A stretch of 62,075 nucleotides of DNA from Octopus bimaculoides (Eukaryota): contig NC_068982.1 of NCBI RefSeq assembly GCF_001194135.2, forward strand, positions 118,642,959 through 118,705,033. Reading direction: 5' to 3'. Made by a program: the position numbers and the translations under genes. Shown piece by piece: positions 24,666 to 35,850 of this stretch. The stretch's first letter is position 1. Each line of letters begins with the position of its first letter. The notes below the pieces were generated by a model. The model had not been told where the DNA came from, searched no databases, and was given only the letters and a program-made list of their open reading frames with translations.

Positions 24666-26137
24666 ATATGCATATACATACAAACACACACACATGTATG
24701 TATGTGTATATGTATCTATATGTCTAAGTATTATGCAGCAGTTCAATATTTCACCACAGTGACACTCAGACTATTCCTGTAATGATTACAAAGCAATACT
24801 AATATTGTTTAAAATTTATATTTGCGTCCAGTACTCAAGTAACCGTTAATTTGAATGTTCAACATAAAATCTTTTTTTTTTAATGATGAGTTTTAGCATT
24901 GGATCTAATTTTTTATCTAATTAATGAACGGACACTGATCAAGAATGGGTGAATATTTGAAAGAGATGGACGTAGGGATGTAATGTGCTTTCCATGCCAG
25001 CTTTCCTTACAACATTACTGCGAGTTTTATGTAGTATGTTAATAGGGGACACCAGGTGACATTTTCAAAGAGTAGTGATTTATTAAATAATTGGTATTAG
25101 ATTATCTTTCGGGCTTACATAGCATATCGGTTAGATGTTGAAGTGTCATGTTCTTCCAATCGACAGGATTGTCTCCTAGTCACAGAACCTCTGCTCATTT
25201 GGTTATGTGTGCATTTGTGTGCTTGTGTGTGTGAGAGTATTTTTGTGCGTGTATTTTTATATTTTTCTGTATACAACACATATGTGTGTGCCTCTTCAAT
25301 GAGTTGCTATAAATTACCATAATGCAGACACTCATGTATTACGTAATAGAGTGGGTACGTTATTTATTCAAAATTATAGATTAACCTCTTAACAGCCACT
25401 TGAATCCTCCCAATATTAGACAACTAAGAGAGATAGACTACAACCTTAAACCATAAATGCTGTTTCTTTAGAGGAAACTACCACTTTGGCATGATATATA
25501 GAGCAGGAGTAACACCTACTGATGTTAATGAGATGAATTTAAATCCATATTTGCAACCAGATGGAATTATCCCCAACAGTAAATTAGGGGGAATGCTTTT
25601 CTAATTCGACATCGCATCAGATTCTTGATGCATCTAAAATTTAAATGGATAGAATAATCAAAATCACACCAAAAGATATCGCGTCTTGATAAGTGTTCTC
25701 GGTCTCGCCCACTCTGCGGAACTAAGAAGCAATTGATGTTTTTGTGGACTGAGATAGCAACCCCTACGAGCAGGATCGAGAGGGTTTTAGTGATCATTAT
25801 CCCATAGGCCAATAATTGAAGTTCCCTCTTATGAATTATAATATTATTTCTTATCCAACCACAAGGGCCTACTACTAATATGGTGATAGCGGGTTTTAGG
25901 ACACACTATATTCTAGTTTGACAACTCTATTAACCAAGGAAAATTGTTCAACTCGGCAATCTCCACTTAACCATATCAAGTCAAACATTCAGTTTATTTT
26001 CACCTGAAAGATAGCGCTTAAGCTGAAAAATGATGGAATGAATCATTATATGATTTGTGACAGACATAATTAGGAGTATTATATATTTCATTTTTGATAT
26101 GATATTGATTGAGGAGTCAACCACATTTTCGTTCAAG

Positions 26138-26191
26138 TTATGTCGGTGGCATCTGTGGCACTTACAATGGCGAATGTCTGCAATGCGCGTG
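26138..26191 (+). CDS. Candidate 54-nt phase-1/1 exon encoding a signal-peptide-like segment of the CARP gene
   Basis: Acceptor cattttcgttcAAG, donor cgtg|GTAAAG. Reads (F)MSVASVALTMANVCNAR(G) and joins in frame to 60700 giving ...CNA-RGKTSLWSDWW. Splice sites are only moderate and all three frames are open. Confidence 0.4.
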
Positions 26192-27240
26192 GTAAAGCTA
26201 CCAAGTATTTTTGCTCCAAATCACCGGTATATCGGATTAAGCACATATAATCATGCTGCTTATTAAACTCTCACAAGATTCTAATTGACAGAGATTTTAA
26301 TTAGAATTAATTATATTCATTCTGTCTTAAGGATTTATGTTGGTTATAATTTCTGACTGAATTTAAATATTATCAAATATTCGATATGTTATTTTTATAG
26401 GTTTACGTAATTGTAGGCTTCTGTTTAGTGAAATAAGAGTTGCGAAAGAATAGAAAAATGAAATTACATGAGATAGATTCATATTATAAAAAAAATAATT
26501 CCGTTTTAACGAAAGCCTGTATCACTTCTATTTACACGACATCTAATATTCCACAGCATGATGCTTTTGGGTACTTCGTCAGAGAAAAAGGTTACCTTAA
26601 TCTACATTCATACAGAGAAAGCCATAGATATGTACATATGTTTGTGTGTGCACGTGTGTGTGTGTGTCTGTGTCTCTGTCTGTGCGGTGTGTGTATGGGT
26701 TTGTATGTGTGTATGAATATTAATTAGTGAGAGAAACAGTATGCATACCGTAGTGGGTGCAGTGTTAGAGCACCGAATGCTGCTGCGTTATATACCTTCA
26801 AAACACCTCTCATATCGATGCATGGTGCATGAAAGCACACATGTTTATATAGCTGATAAAAGATGAATCGTCTACTACAATCTTACTGGATACCGACTTA
26901 CCGAGATGTCTGCTATCTTTTCATCGGGTAGCTACATACCAGCCAAATTTAACTACTACTGACATATGAAATGTCATCAAGTTTTTAGTTACTAATGTCT
27001 CAAATAGCCAACAGGCTTATTCCAAAATAGCCAACAGGCTTATTCTCTCATTAACGAGAGAAGCAGTAATAGCACCAAAGTGCAATCTTTGTAACCAAAT
27101 TAACGTAGATTTATTACTAGATCCATAATCGCTGCCAGTGAGATTTGGCTAATATGCAGTTACAAGATTCGGGCCACTGAAGAGACGGTGGCACATCAAA
27201 ATCACGTGATCTGGCAGTTTCAATGTCTGTAGCCGACGAT

Positions 27241-27414
27241 TCTCGCCTACACCGATGCTGGTATGTTTATGTCCCGAAACTCAGTGGTTTGGCAACAGAG
27301 ACCGAAAGAAGTACAAGGCTTAAAAATTATAAGTCCTGGGGTCGATTTCGTCTAATAAAAGCGGTGTTCCAGCATGCCTATAATCAAATGACTAAAACAA
27401 GTAAAAAAAAAGAA
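27241..27414 (+). mobile_element. SINE family B, 3' half
   Basis: accgatgctggtatgttta...ataagtcctggggtcgattt...cagcatg...aatgactaaaacaagtaaaa. Confidence 0.75.
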
Positions 27415-28324
27415 TACACACACACACTAACACACACACATATACACACACATACACACGCACACACACACACACGCACGCACACGCACACACACACACA
27501 CACTCACATATTCCTTATCCTCCCCCTCTAACAGCAATAATNNNNNNNNNNNNNNNNNNNNNNNNNNNNNNNNNNNNNNNNNNNNNNNNNNNNNNNNNNN
27601 NNNNNNNNNNNNNNNNNNNNNNNNNNNNNNNNNNNNNNNNNNNNNNNNNNNNNNNNNNNNNNNNNNNNNNNNNNNNNNNNNNNNNNNNNNNNNNNNNNNN
27701 NNNNNNNNNNNNNNNNNNNNNNNNNNNNNNNNNNNNNNNNNNNNNNNNNNNNNNNNNNNNNNNNNNNNNNNNNNNNNNNNNNNNNNNNNNNNNNNNNNNN
27801 NNNNNNNNNNNNNNNNNNNNNNNNNNNNNNNNNNNNNNNNNNNNNNNNNNNNNNNNNNNNNNNNNNNNNNNNNNNNNNNNNNNNNNNNNNNNNNNNNNNN
27901 NNNNNNNNNNNNNNNNNNNNNNNNNNNNNNNNNNNNNNNNNNNNNNNNNNNNNNNNNNNNNNNNNNNNNNNNNNNNNNNNNNNNNNNNNNNNNNNNNNNN
28001 NNNNNNNNNNNNNNNNNNNNNNNNNNNNNNNNNNNNNNNNNNNNNNNNNNNNNNNNNNNNNNNNNNNNNNNNNNNNNNNNNNNNNNNNNNNNNNNNNNNN
28101 NNNNNNNNNNNNNNNNNNNNNNNNNNNNNNNNNNNNNNNNNNNNNNNNNNNNNNNNNNNNNNNNNNNNNNNNNNNNNNNNNNNNNNNNNNNNNNNNNNNN
28201 NNNNNNNNNNNNNNNNNNNNNNNNNNNNNNNNNNNNNNNNNNNNNNNNNNNNNNNNNNNNNNNNNNNNNNNNNNNNNNNNNNNNNNNNNNNNNNNNNNNN
28301 NNNNNNNNNNNNNNNNNNNNNNNN

Positions 28325-28359
<35 letters not shown>

Positions 28360-28361
<2 letters not shown>

Positions 28362-28517
28362 CGACGAGCTTATTTAAGTTTCCGTCTACCAAATCCACTC
28401 ACAAGGCTTTGGTCGGCCCAAGGCTATAGTAGAAGACAAGGTGCCACGCAATGGGAATGGACCCGTAACCATGTGGTTGGTAAGAAAGCTACTTACCACA
28501 CAGCCACTTCTGCACCT
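28360..28517 (-). mobile_element. SINE family B, 5' half with tRNA-like head
   Basis: The reverse complement begins ggctgtgtggtaagtagc (A-box-like)...ggttacgggtccattccc (B-box-like), then ggcacctt...tactatagccttgggccgaccaaagccttgtgagtggatttggtagacggaaac. Confidence 0.85.
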
Positions 28518-28626
28518 GTTTCATTCTTTGTTGATCGATCAATTAAGTTCCATTTGAGCACTAGGGTCCATATAATCCACTAGCCCCCACCCTCGATATT
28601 GCTGGACCTGTACCAAAATTTGAAAC
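28515..28626 (+). mobile_element. SINE family A, 3' half, diverged
   Basis: aattaagttcca...cactagggtccatataatccactagccccc...gctggacctgtaccaaaatttgaaac. Confidence 0.6.
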
Positions 28627-29999
28627 TAAAACTTTCTTCTACACAGATAGTAATCTCTAATACGTTTGTAGTATTGTCAAGGTAGATATCGTTATTACAA
28701 GAGACCGATTTTTGTAAGATTAATGGTCATACCAAAACATTTGACACTGTACTATATTTAGGGACAAATCAGGCAGATTTATTATTTCTAATAAAACGTA
28801 TCCTAATTACAAACTAACGCACATATTTAGTGTAAAGAGATGACATCTCTGTGTGAGATATTAGTCTGCTAATGAGACTGTACGTCTCATACTTTGTTTT
28901 GATGAACATATTATAGCAATACCGTTGGGTATCTAAACTGATGCGTGTACATCGAACGTTAATTATTAAATAGCAAATTAATTAGAATATCATTCAGGAG
29001 ATGAAAATAACTCCCACAGAATTGATAGCAATGTCTAATATATCTAACAGTGTCAGCGGAACCCCAAGTAATAAGCTATCTCTCTTCCAGAAGATATAGT
29101 ATACAATCTCCGAATCTCTGAAACTTACACACGCACGCGCGACCACACACACACGCTCCCACGAACACACGCATCCACACACACACGCGCACACACACAC
29201 ACACACACGCACACACACACAAACAGACACTCACGCGCTCAGGCTCACATAAATGCTTACACATCTACTAAGTTACGTAGCATGGTCTTCAACAATCTAA
29301 TAGTAGCGCTAATTATCTCATCATACCCGAGTGTTTTTGTATTGGATTCTATATAATTAATATATATTCTTTTCTACTCTCTTGCATCTGAGAAATATAT
29401 TACGGTTCATTCAATTAGTATGCGTTTATTTAGTTTAGTAGTAGTTTATTAGTCATACACACTGTCACTCACATCGTGTTTCATAGGGAGTGAGGAGGCA
29501 AAAATGAACGCAAAATGGAAGGAAAAATGAAAATAATTCGCCCATCGTAAAACTAACTCGCTTTAACACAGGGTTATCATAAACGCGCTGATTTCCTCAG
29601 ACAAGAAAGTGTGTGTGCGTGTGTGTGTGTGTGTCTAGAAACACAGTAAATCCACATTCGCCAGTCACGTACATCACTACATTTTATCATGGTCCATAAT
29701 AGATTCATGGATTCACGGCATCCATACCAAGGTCAACGCTTAACCTCTAAGCTATGTCTACATATTAAAACACATTCCCTCGACACTACTAAATAAATAT
29801 AACGAGGCCCTAAGTACATGCAACCACCGCTTTTTTCATACCTTCAAATTTTACCACAAATCTAAATGCAACCTAAATAACCACACAGCATATATCCACA
29901 ACACCCCTTAGGTAAACCGCAGCAACCCTACTTAACCTTCCTTTATCTCCATTTTAATATTTAATCTTACTTGAAGGATATCAATAATTTAATACTACA

Positions 30000-30440
30000 C
30001 ATATGGACATAAAGCGGATACATGTGTGTGTGTGTAAATGCATGTATTTTGTATGTATGTATATATATATATGTCGGTATATGTATATATACATATATAT
30101 GTGTGTGTATGTATATGTACGTATGTGTATGTATATATATATACGTACATATGTATATACAGATATATATGAGTTACTGTGTGTATATGTACATATGTAT
30201 GCATAAGTACGTGCATGCGCGCGTGCGAGTGACTGTGTATAAGCGCGTGTGCGCCTGCGCCTATGCGTGTGCATAGGTATGCACACACATATGCGTGTAT
30301 GAATATATTTACGGATGCGCATGAGCATGCATGTATATATATGCATGTGTATGTATATGTGTATGGATATATCTGTGTATATATATGTGTCTATATGATC
30401 GTATGCATATGCGCGCATGTATATGTACGTGAGTGCCCGA
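30000..30440. repeat. Long imperfect alternating purine-pyrimidine tract
   Basis: Mixed TA/TG/CA/CG dinucleotides over about 440 bp. Confidence 0.9.
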
Positions 30441-30479
30441 GCACGTATGTTATTATGCCTTCTTCCTTCGTCTCTGATT

Positions 30480-31070
30480 ACTACCTCTCACACTAACCTA
30501 TCATATATGTCTATTTATAGAAATTTGACATCCTTGTATTCTTCCCTGTATCTTAAATTTTACTGATAACATTCCTAATCAATTTGGTATCACTCCACCC
30601 ACCCCTTAATGTAGAACTGTCATATCACCCGTACTCATATTCTCACACTTATTCACTCCTTACCTTCTCATCTCTTCCTACTCCTCTTCCATCCTCCTCT
30701 CACATTATCTTGACCACCTTCTACCATTCCTTTTCTCACTTCTTTCTCCCTTTCTTCATTTTTTTCTCATGCTTTTCAATTTTTACCACCTTTTTCCACT
30801 TCTATACACCACTTTCCTTGAATAATGTAACTGCAACTACAATATCTTTATTTATTATATTACTACTTCCATTCTCTTATTTCTTTCTATATACCCTATC
30901 TCCTCCTTTTCCATAATAATTCTTTATTTCAAACTCTATTTAACCATCTCACACCATCTCTGATGAAGGGATATCTATAATGTGCCAGAAACAGCTGTAA
31001 GACTATATATCTTTCTTCTTATAAATGTTCTGAAAACTCCTCACAGCCTTGGCTTTGTTATCTCATATTA
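30480..31070 (+). mobile_element. Penelope-like element 3' end
   Basis: LINLVSLHPPLNVE (cf. GIY-YIG C-terminal LxTLxPxGLNxE), a pyrimidine-rich 3' region, a hammerhead-like motif at 30957-31002, then (TA)n and a gap. Confidence 0.55.
30957..31002 (+). ncRNA. Minimal type-I hammerhead ribozyme-like motif (degenerate stem II)
   Basis: tct-CTGATGA-a-GGGATAT-ctata-ATGTGCC-a-GAA-ACAGCTGT-A-aga: intact core, palindromic stem III, GUA triplet, 3-bp stem I. Confidence 0.55.
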
Positions 31071-31727
31071 AATATATATATATATATATATANNNNNNNN
31101 NNNNNNNNNNNNNNNNNNNNNNNNNNNNNNNNNNNNNNNNNNNNNNNNNNNNNNNNNNNNNNNNNNNNNNNNNNNNNNNNNNNNNNNNNNNNNNNNNNNN
31201 NNNNNNNNNNNNNNNNNNNNNNNNNNNNNNNNNNNNNNNNNNNNNNNNNNNNNNNNNNNNNNNNNNNNNNNNNNNNNNNNNNNNNNNNNNNNNNNNNNNN
31301 NNNNNNNNNNNNNNNNNNNNNNNNNNNNNNNNNNNNNNNNNNNNNNNNNNNNNNNNNNNNNNNNNNNNNNNNNNNNNNNNNNNNNNNNNNNNNNNNNNNN
31401 NNNNNNNNNNNNNNNNNNNNNNNNNNNNNNNNNNNNNNNNNNNNNNNNNNNNNNNNNNNNNNNNNNNNNNNNNNNNNNNNNNNNNNNNNNNNNNNNNNNN
31501 NNNNNNNNNNNNNNNNNNNNNNNNNNNNNNNNNNNNNNNNNNNNNNNNNNNNNNNNNNNNNNNNNNNNNNNNNNNNNNNNNNNNNNNNNNNNNNNNNNNN
31601 NNNNNNNNNNNNNNNNNNNNNNNNNNNNNNNNNNNNNNNNNNNNNNNNNNNNNNNNNNNNNNNNNNNNNNNNNNNNNNNNNNNNNNNNNNNNNNNNNNNN
31701 NNNNNNNNATATATGTATTTATGCATG

Positions 31728-31780
<53 letters not shown>

Positions 31781-31861
31781 ATGTACGTCTCATGTATGTA
31801 TGTGTGTATTTGTATGTATATATGTATGTATTTATACATGTATAAATATATATACATATTT

Positions 31862-32200
31862 CAATTCGTTTCGCAAGATTCCGGATGTAAAATCATGTGT
31901 TGAAGCAGATATTGTTTTATTTCGGGAAGGTCATTGTATTTATTATTTTTTCTTGCCAAATAAACACACGCACTATATTTTTGCCTTCGTTCGTTTATTT
32001 CTGTTAATATTTGTTTTTTTCGGAAATTTTTCGTCACACATCTGTGACCTCTTCAGCGACATTTTTCACTTTCGTGTTTGTTCTTGCTCCACAATAACTC
32101 TAATAAACGAGTGAAGGAAAAAACATATATAGTGCGTATGTTTATTTGGCAAAAAAAAGTAAAATAAAGAGATAAATAAAATGACCATCCCGAAATGCAA
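31862..32200. mobile_element. Inverted pair of Penelope-like terminal repeats
   Basis: 31914-32000 is an imperfect reverse complement of 32103-32195 (cgggaaggtcatt...gccaaataaacacacgcactata); same family as 47250-48180. Confidence 0.7.
32020..32059 (-). ncRNA. Minimal type-I hammerhead ribozyme-like motif, intact core
   Basis: Minus strand: tcg-CTGAAGA-g-GTCACA-gatg-TGTGAC-GAA-AAATTT-C-cga. Perfect 6-bp stem II, palindromic stem III, UUC triplet, 3-bp stem I. Confidence 0.7.
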
Positions 32201-32549
32201 CAATGTACACACACACATATGTGCACTTTTACTCAATTAAGAATTTTAGCACCGAATTCCTCTTTTTGTTTAGTAGCCGAGAACCCTAACTTGCATTTGT
32301 CCTAGCATTTGCACATGCATATATAACACCATTTCTTGGACTTTTTACTTCTATAAAATAATTTCAAAATAACCCGCAAAAATTTAAAGTTTTCGCATCC
32401 ACGCGTGGACGATTTCAAACTAGCGACCCAAATATTACACATTCACTACTGCCACTCTTTATCTGTAAATACGCACAAACACACACAGACATACACACAC
32501 GCACACACACCTATATATACCCCACGTGCAACACACCGCTTCCCTATTC

Positions 32550-32870
32550 TGCGCTTCCAGACATGGCTACAATAGGATATGCTATTAAACAAATCCCACC
32601 TTTGCAACAATCCAGGCTAGAAGTTTTCACTTACCACACTTTTATCCGTGAACTTGAAAGATATCTAGGGCTCTGGTCTTCTCTGCATTGTCTGTGTTAT
32701 AATATAGTCTCATTTCACGATCTAGTAAAGGGCATGTACATATTCGCTGAGCTTGCTGCTTGCAGCAGCAAGATCTACATCAAAATACTCCTCCTGCTGT
32801 CTTTGAAGATATTCAACATAATCATTAATATATAAAAGGTGATCTTGTCATGCGTAGAATGCTTTGCAAA
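32550..32870 (-). mobile_element. Possible CR1/L2-like RT remnant
   Basis: LLYINDYVEYL (cf. LFxLYINDL), NTDNAEKTRAL (cf. NxxKTK) and SYCSHVW (cf. YCSxVW); internally deleted. Confidence 0.35.
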
Positions 32871-33429
32871 ATTGTAATTATTAAGTGTTAAATCAAAGCA
32901 ATGTATTTCATATCCGCGACAAATAGAAAATAAGTGGGAAATCATCAACATGCAACTTATTTAAATCCAATGCAATGAAGTATATGAGTTAATTTGCTTC
33001 TTTAATTGCTGAAAACGAAAACCATATCTGAAAACCGCGAAATTTCAATAGATATACATATGGAGCTAAAATTTTGTAGAAGGAATAATAGTTTATCGTA
33101 ACTAATATTGTTTTCAAGGTGTTGTAACTGTTGCAAAACCAATTTGTATGACATATTTTGGCAGCGTTGTCATAATACCAAAATTGTTTATTTTCAACTT
33201 TATTTTCACTTTTATTGATAACCAATAATTGGATACGAACTAATATTTGGGAGGCCTCATAATCTGAGAATATGCGGAGTAAAAAAAAAAGAAAGAAAAA
33301 GATGAAACACGTAATTTCAAATGAATATTCATGGCTATATTTAATGCAATGCTGTTTTAGAATCGATAGACGATCCGCAAAAGTCATATAATTATGTTTC
33401 AAGTAATCGTCAATTGCAATCTGATTTCC

Positions 33430-33432
<3 letters not shown>

Positions 33433-33506
<74 letters not shown>

Positions 33507-33559
33507 TATTATTATTATTACTTTCATCATCTTCATCATCATCAACATCGTCATCTTCA

Positions 33560-33606
<47 letters not shown>

Positions 33607-33610
33607 TTTA
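33433..33610. repeat. (ATT)n/(ATC)n compound microsatellite
   Basis: Source of the poly-Ile ORF 33394-33645. Confidence 0.95.
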
Positions 33611-34209
33611 ATTTTATTATAAGTGAAGTATTATCATGGGAGTGAGTAGAAATTAATGTTTTATCAAAATCACAATCTCCAAAATCAACAACAACTCCTC
33701 TACCGTCGCGTTTTTGGAACCTAGTTTGGTTTGTATGACTTTTCTCTATGTTTTATTGATACGAATTTTAATTTTCGGTCCATCATATATTTCGTTTCTT
33801 TTTCAAGATTTTTTAATTTCTTCAGTTTCTCCACCAACGTTCAATTAAGATTTTACCAACTGAACAAGATAACTAAAAGAAAAAAAAATATTTTCGTTTT
33901 AAATTCTTGATTATTATATTTTCACAATTTACCTTCATCAGCTAAGCAAACGATACACACAAGACCCAAATGCGTACGGCCAACTGTCCTTGTGTGGTGT
34001 ATTTGGTAATTGGTTATAATTCTTCTTCACCGTTTTCCCGTTTAAGTGTTTGTATATTGCATGATTAAAGTGGCTGCTGATATCAACGTAAATGTGAATA
34101 TTTCAACTTGAAAAGGTCTCGACTACTACAAATGATAAGACCCACTGTAATGCTTGGTTAAAATTTGATTTCCGCATAATTTTTTCCATTAATATATATA
34201 TGCATTTAT

Positions 34210-34268
34210 GACGATCTGGTAGAAACGCTAGCACGACAGGCGAAATGCTTAGCGGTATTTCATCTGTC
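34210..34268 (+). mobile_element. SINE family A, head only
   Basis: ctggtagaaacgctagcacgacaggcgaaatgcttagcggtatttcatctgtc. Confidence 0.7.
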
Positions 34269-34642
34269 AACGGAGATAGCGTTGACCCACCAGGAGTGGG
34301 GGTGGAATTCAAGGAGTTGCTACCAGTAGTGAATCTGAGAGATATTGAACCACTGATGAAGTTCTACTAAAAGAGAAAAATAATGTATGTTAAATGATGT
34401 TATTCTTAGGAAAATAATGGTGATAAAGTAGGAAAAACAAAAGAACAATTTTAGACAGTACATATAATGGTTCAAATGGTACCGCATGAGAGTGGGGCCC
34501 GTGTGGCCATTTTCATTTTTTTTCATTATTATATAATTTCATCCTATTTACATTCGTTTTATGTTTTTCGTCCCCGCCGTGGTCTTCTCTGTCCTTGTGG
34601 TGTCCGCATCTGTGTTTATGGCTTTATGCCTTATAAAGAAAT

Positions 34643-34815
34643 CGGTATTTCGTCTTTCTTTACGTTTTCAATTCAAATTCCGTCGAGGTCAACTTGACCT
34701 TTCATCCTTTCGGGGTCGATAAAGTAAGTACCAGTTGCGTACTGGGGTCAAGCTAATCGACTTGCCCGCCCCCTCCTCAAAGGTTTCGGGTTTTGTGCTT
34801 AGAGTAGAAAAGAAT
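34643..34815 (+). mobile_element. SINE family A, body and tail
   Basis: cggtatttcgtct...ttcaaattccgtcgaggtc...cctttcatcctttcggggtcgataaagtaagtaccagttgcgtactggggtc...agagtagaaaag. Confidence 0.85.
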
Positions 34816-35850
34816 ATATATATTTGCATTCATTTGCGGCTAGGTAAATATCTGAATAACTAAAACGGTTCTCTGTTTAACGAAATATATCAAACCTTGT
34901 TGGCTCTCACGCTGACTTAATTCCTGTATATCAAGAACTACTGATTATTTTACAGTGTCGTTTCTCTCTATTTCTTGTTCGAAGTTCATTTAGCTTGTGC
35001 TTCTTGTTCTTTAAACATTTCTGCTCTATGCGTCGATCTTAATCTCCTTCTCCGCTGTTAGTATTCAATCTGCAATTTATTGTTTCGGTCTCTCTCAATT
35101 CAAGAAAAAAATAACATTTTCAGTGTAAATTGATTACACCAATCAAGTGACTTGAATTGCTTCCAAGAATTTTTGTATCACGATTTTATTACTTTATAGT
35201 AATTTTCTCTCCTTCTTGTGTGGATGCATTCTGCTCATGCCTACTTTGGCATTTTGCTTCGGAATTTTATTAGCATTTTCGAATTATATATATATATATA
35301 TATATATGTATATANNNNNNNNNNNNNNNNNNNNNNNNNNNNNNNNNNNNNNNNNNNNNNNNNNNNNNNNNNNNNNNNNNNNNNNNNNNNNNNNNNNNNN
35401 NNNNNNNNNNNNNNNNNNNNNNNNNNNNNNNNNNNNNNNNNNNNNNNNNNNNNNNNNNNNNNNNNNNNNNNNNNNNNNNNNNNNNNNNNNNNNNNNNNNN
35501 NNNNNNNNNNNNNNNNNNNNNNNNNNNNNNNNNNNNNNNNNNNNNNNNNNNNNNNNNNNNNNNNNNNNNNNNNNNNNNNNNNNNNNNNNNNNNNNNNNNN
35601 NNNNNNNNNNNNNNNNNNNNNNNNNNNNNNNNNNNNNNNNNNNNNNNNNNNNNNNNNNNNNNNNNNNNNNNNNNNNNNNNNNNNNNNNNNNNNNNNNNNN
35701 NNNNNNNNNNNNNNNNNNNNNNNNNNNNNNNNNNNNNNNNNNNNNNNNNNNNNNNNNNNNNNNNNNNNNNNNNNNNNNNNNNNNNNNNNNNNNNNNNNNN
35801 NNNNNNNNNNNNNNNNNNNNNNNNNNNNNNNNNNNNNNNNNNNNNNNNNT

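Noticed and set aside
25560-25820. Possible Gypsy RNase H tail (WCDFDYSIH)
   Set aside because: A single weak motif with no neighbouring pol motifs.
26109-26195. Alternative frame YVGGICGTYNGECLQCAW resembling a vWD or laminin-EGF fragment
   Set aside because: Too short, needs phase-2 partner exons that are not seen, and no matching neighbouring exons exist; all three frames are open here, so such look-alikes are expected.
28360-28517. tRNA gene
   Set aside because: The tRNA-like A/B boxes belong to SINE heads; there is no complete cloverleaf.
32561-32835. 90-aa + ORF with an acceptor ttccag|ac that is phase-compatible with the donor at 24078
   Set aside because: No CARP similarity and no good phase-1 donor; the opposite strand better resembles a LINE RT remnant (LYIND, YCSxVW).
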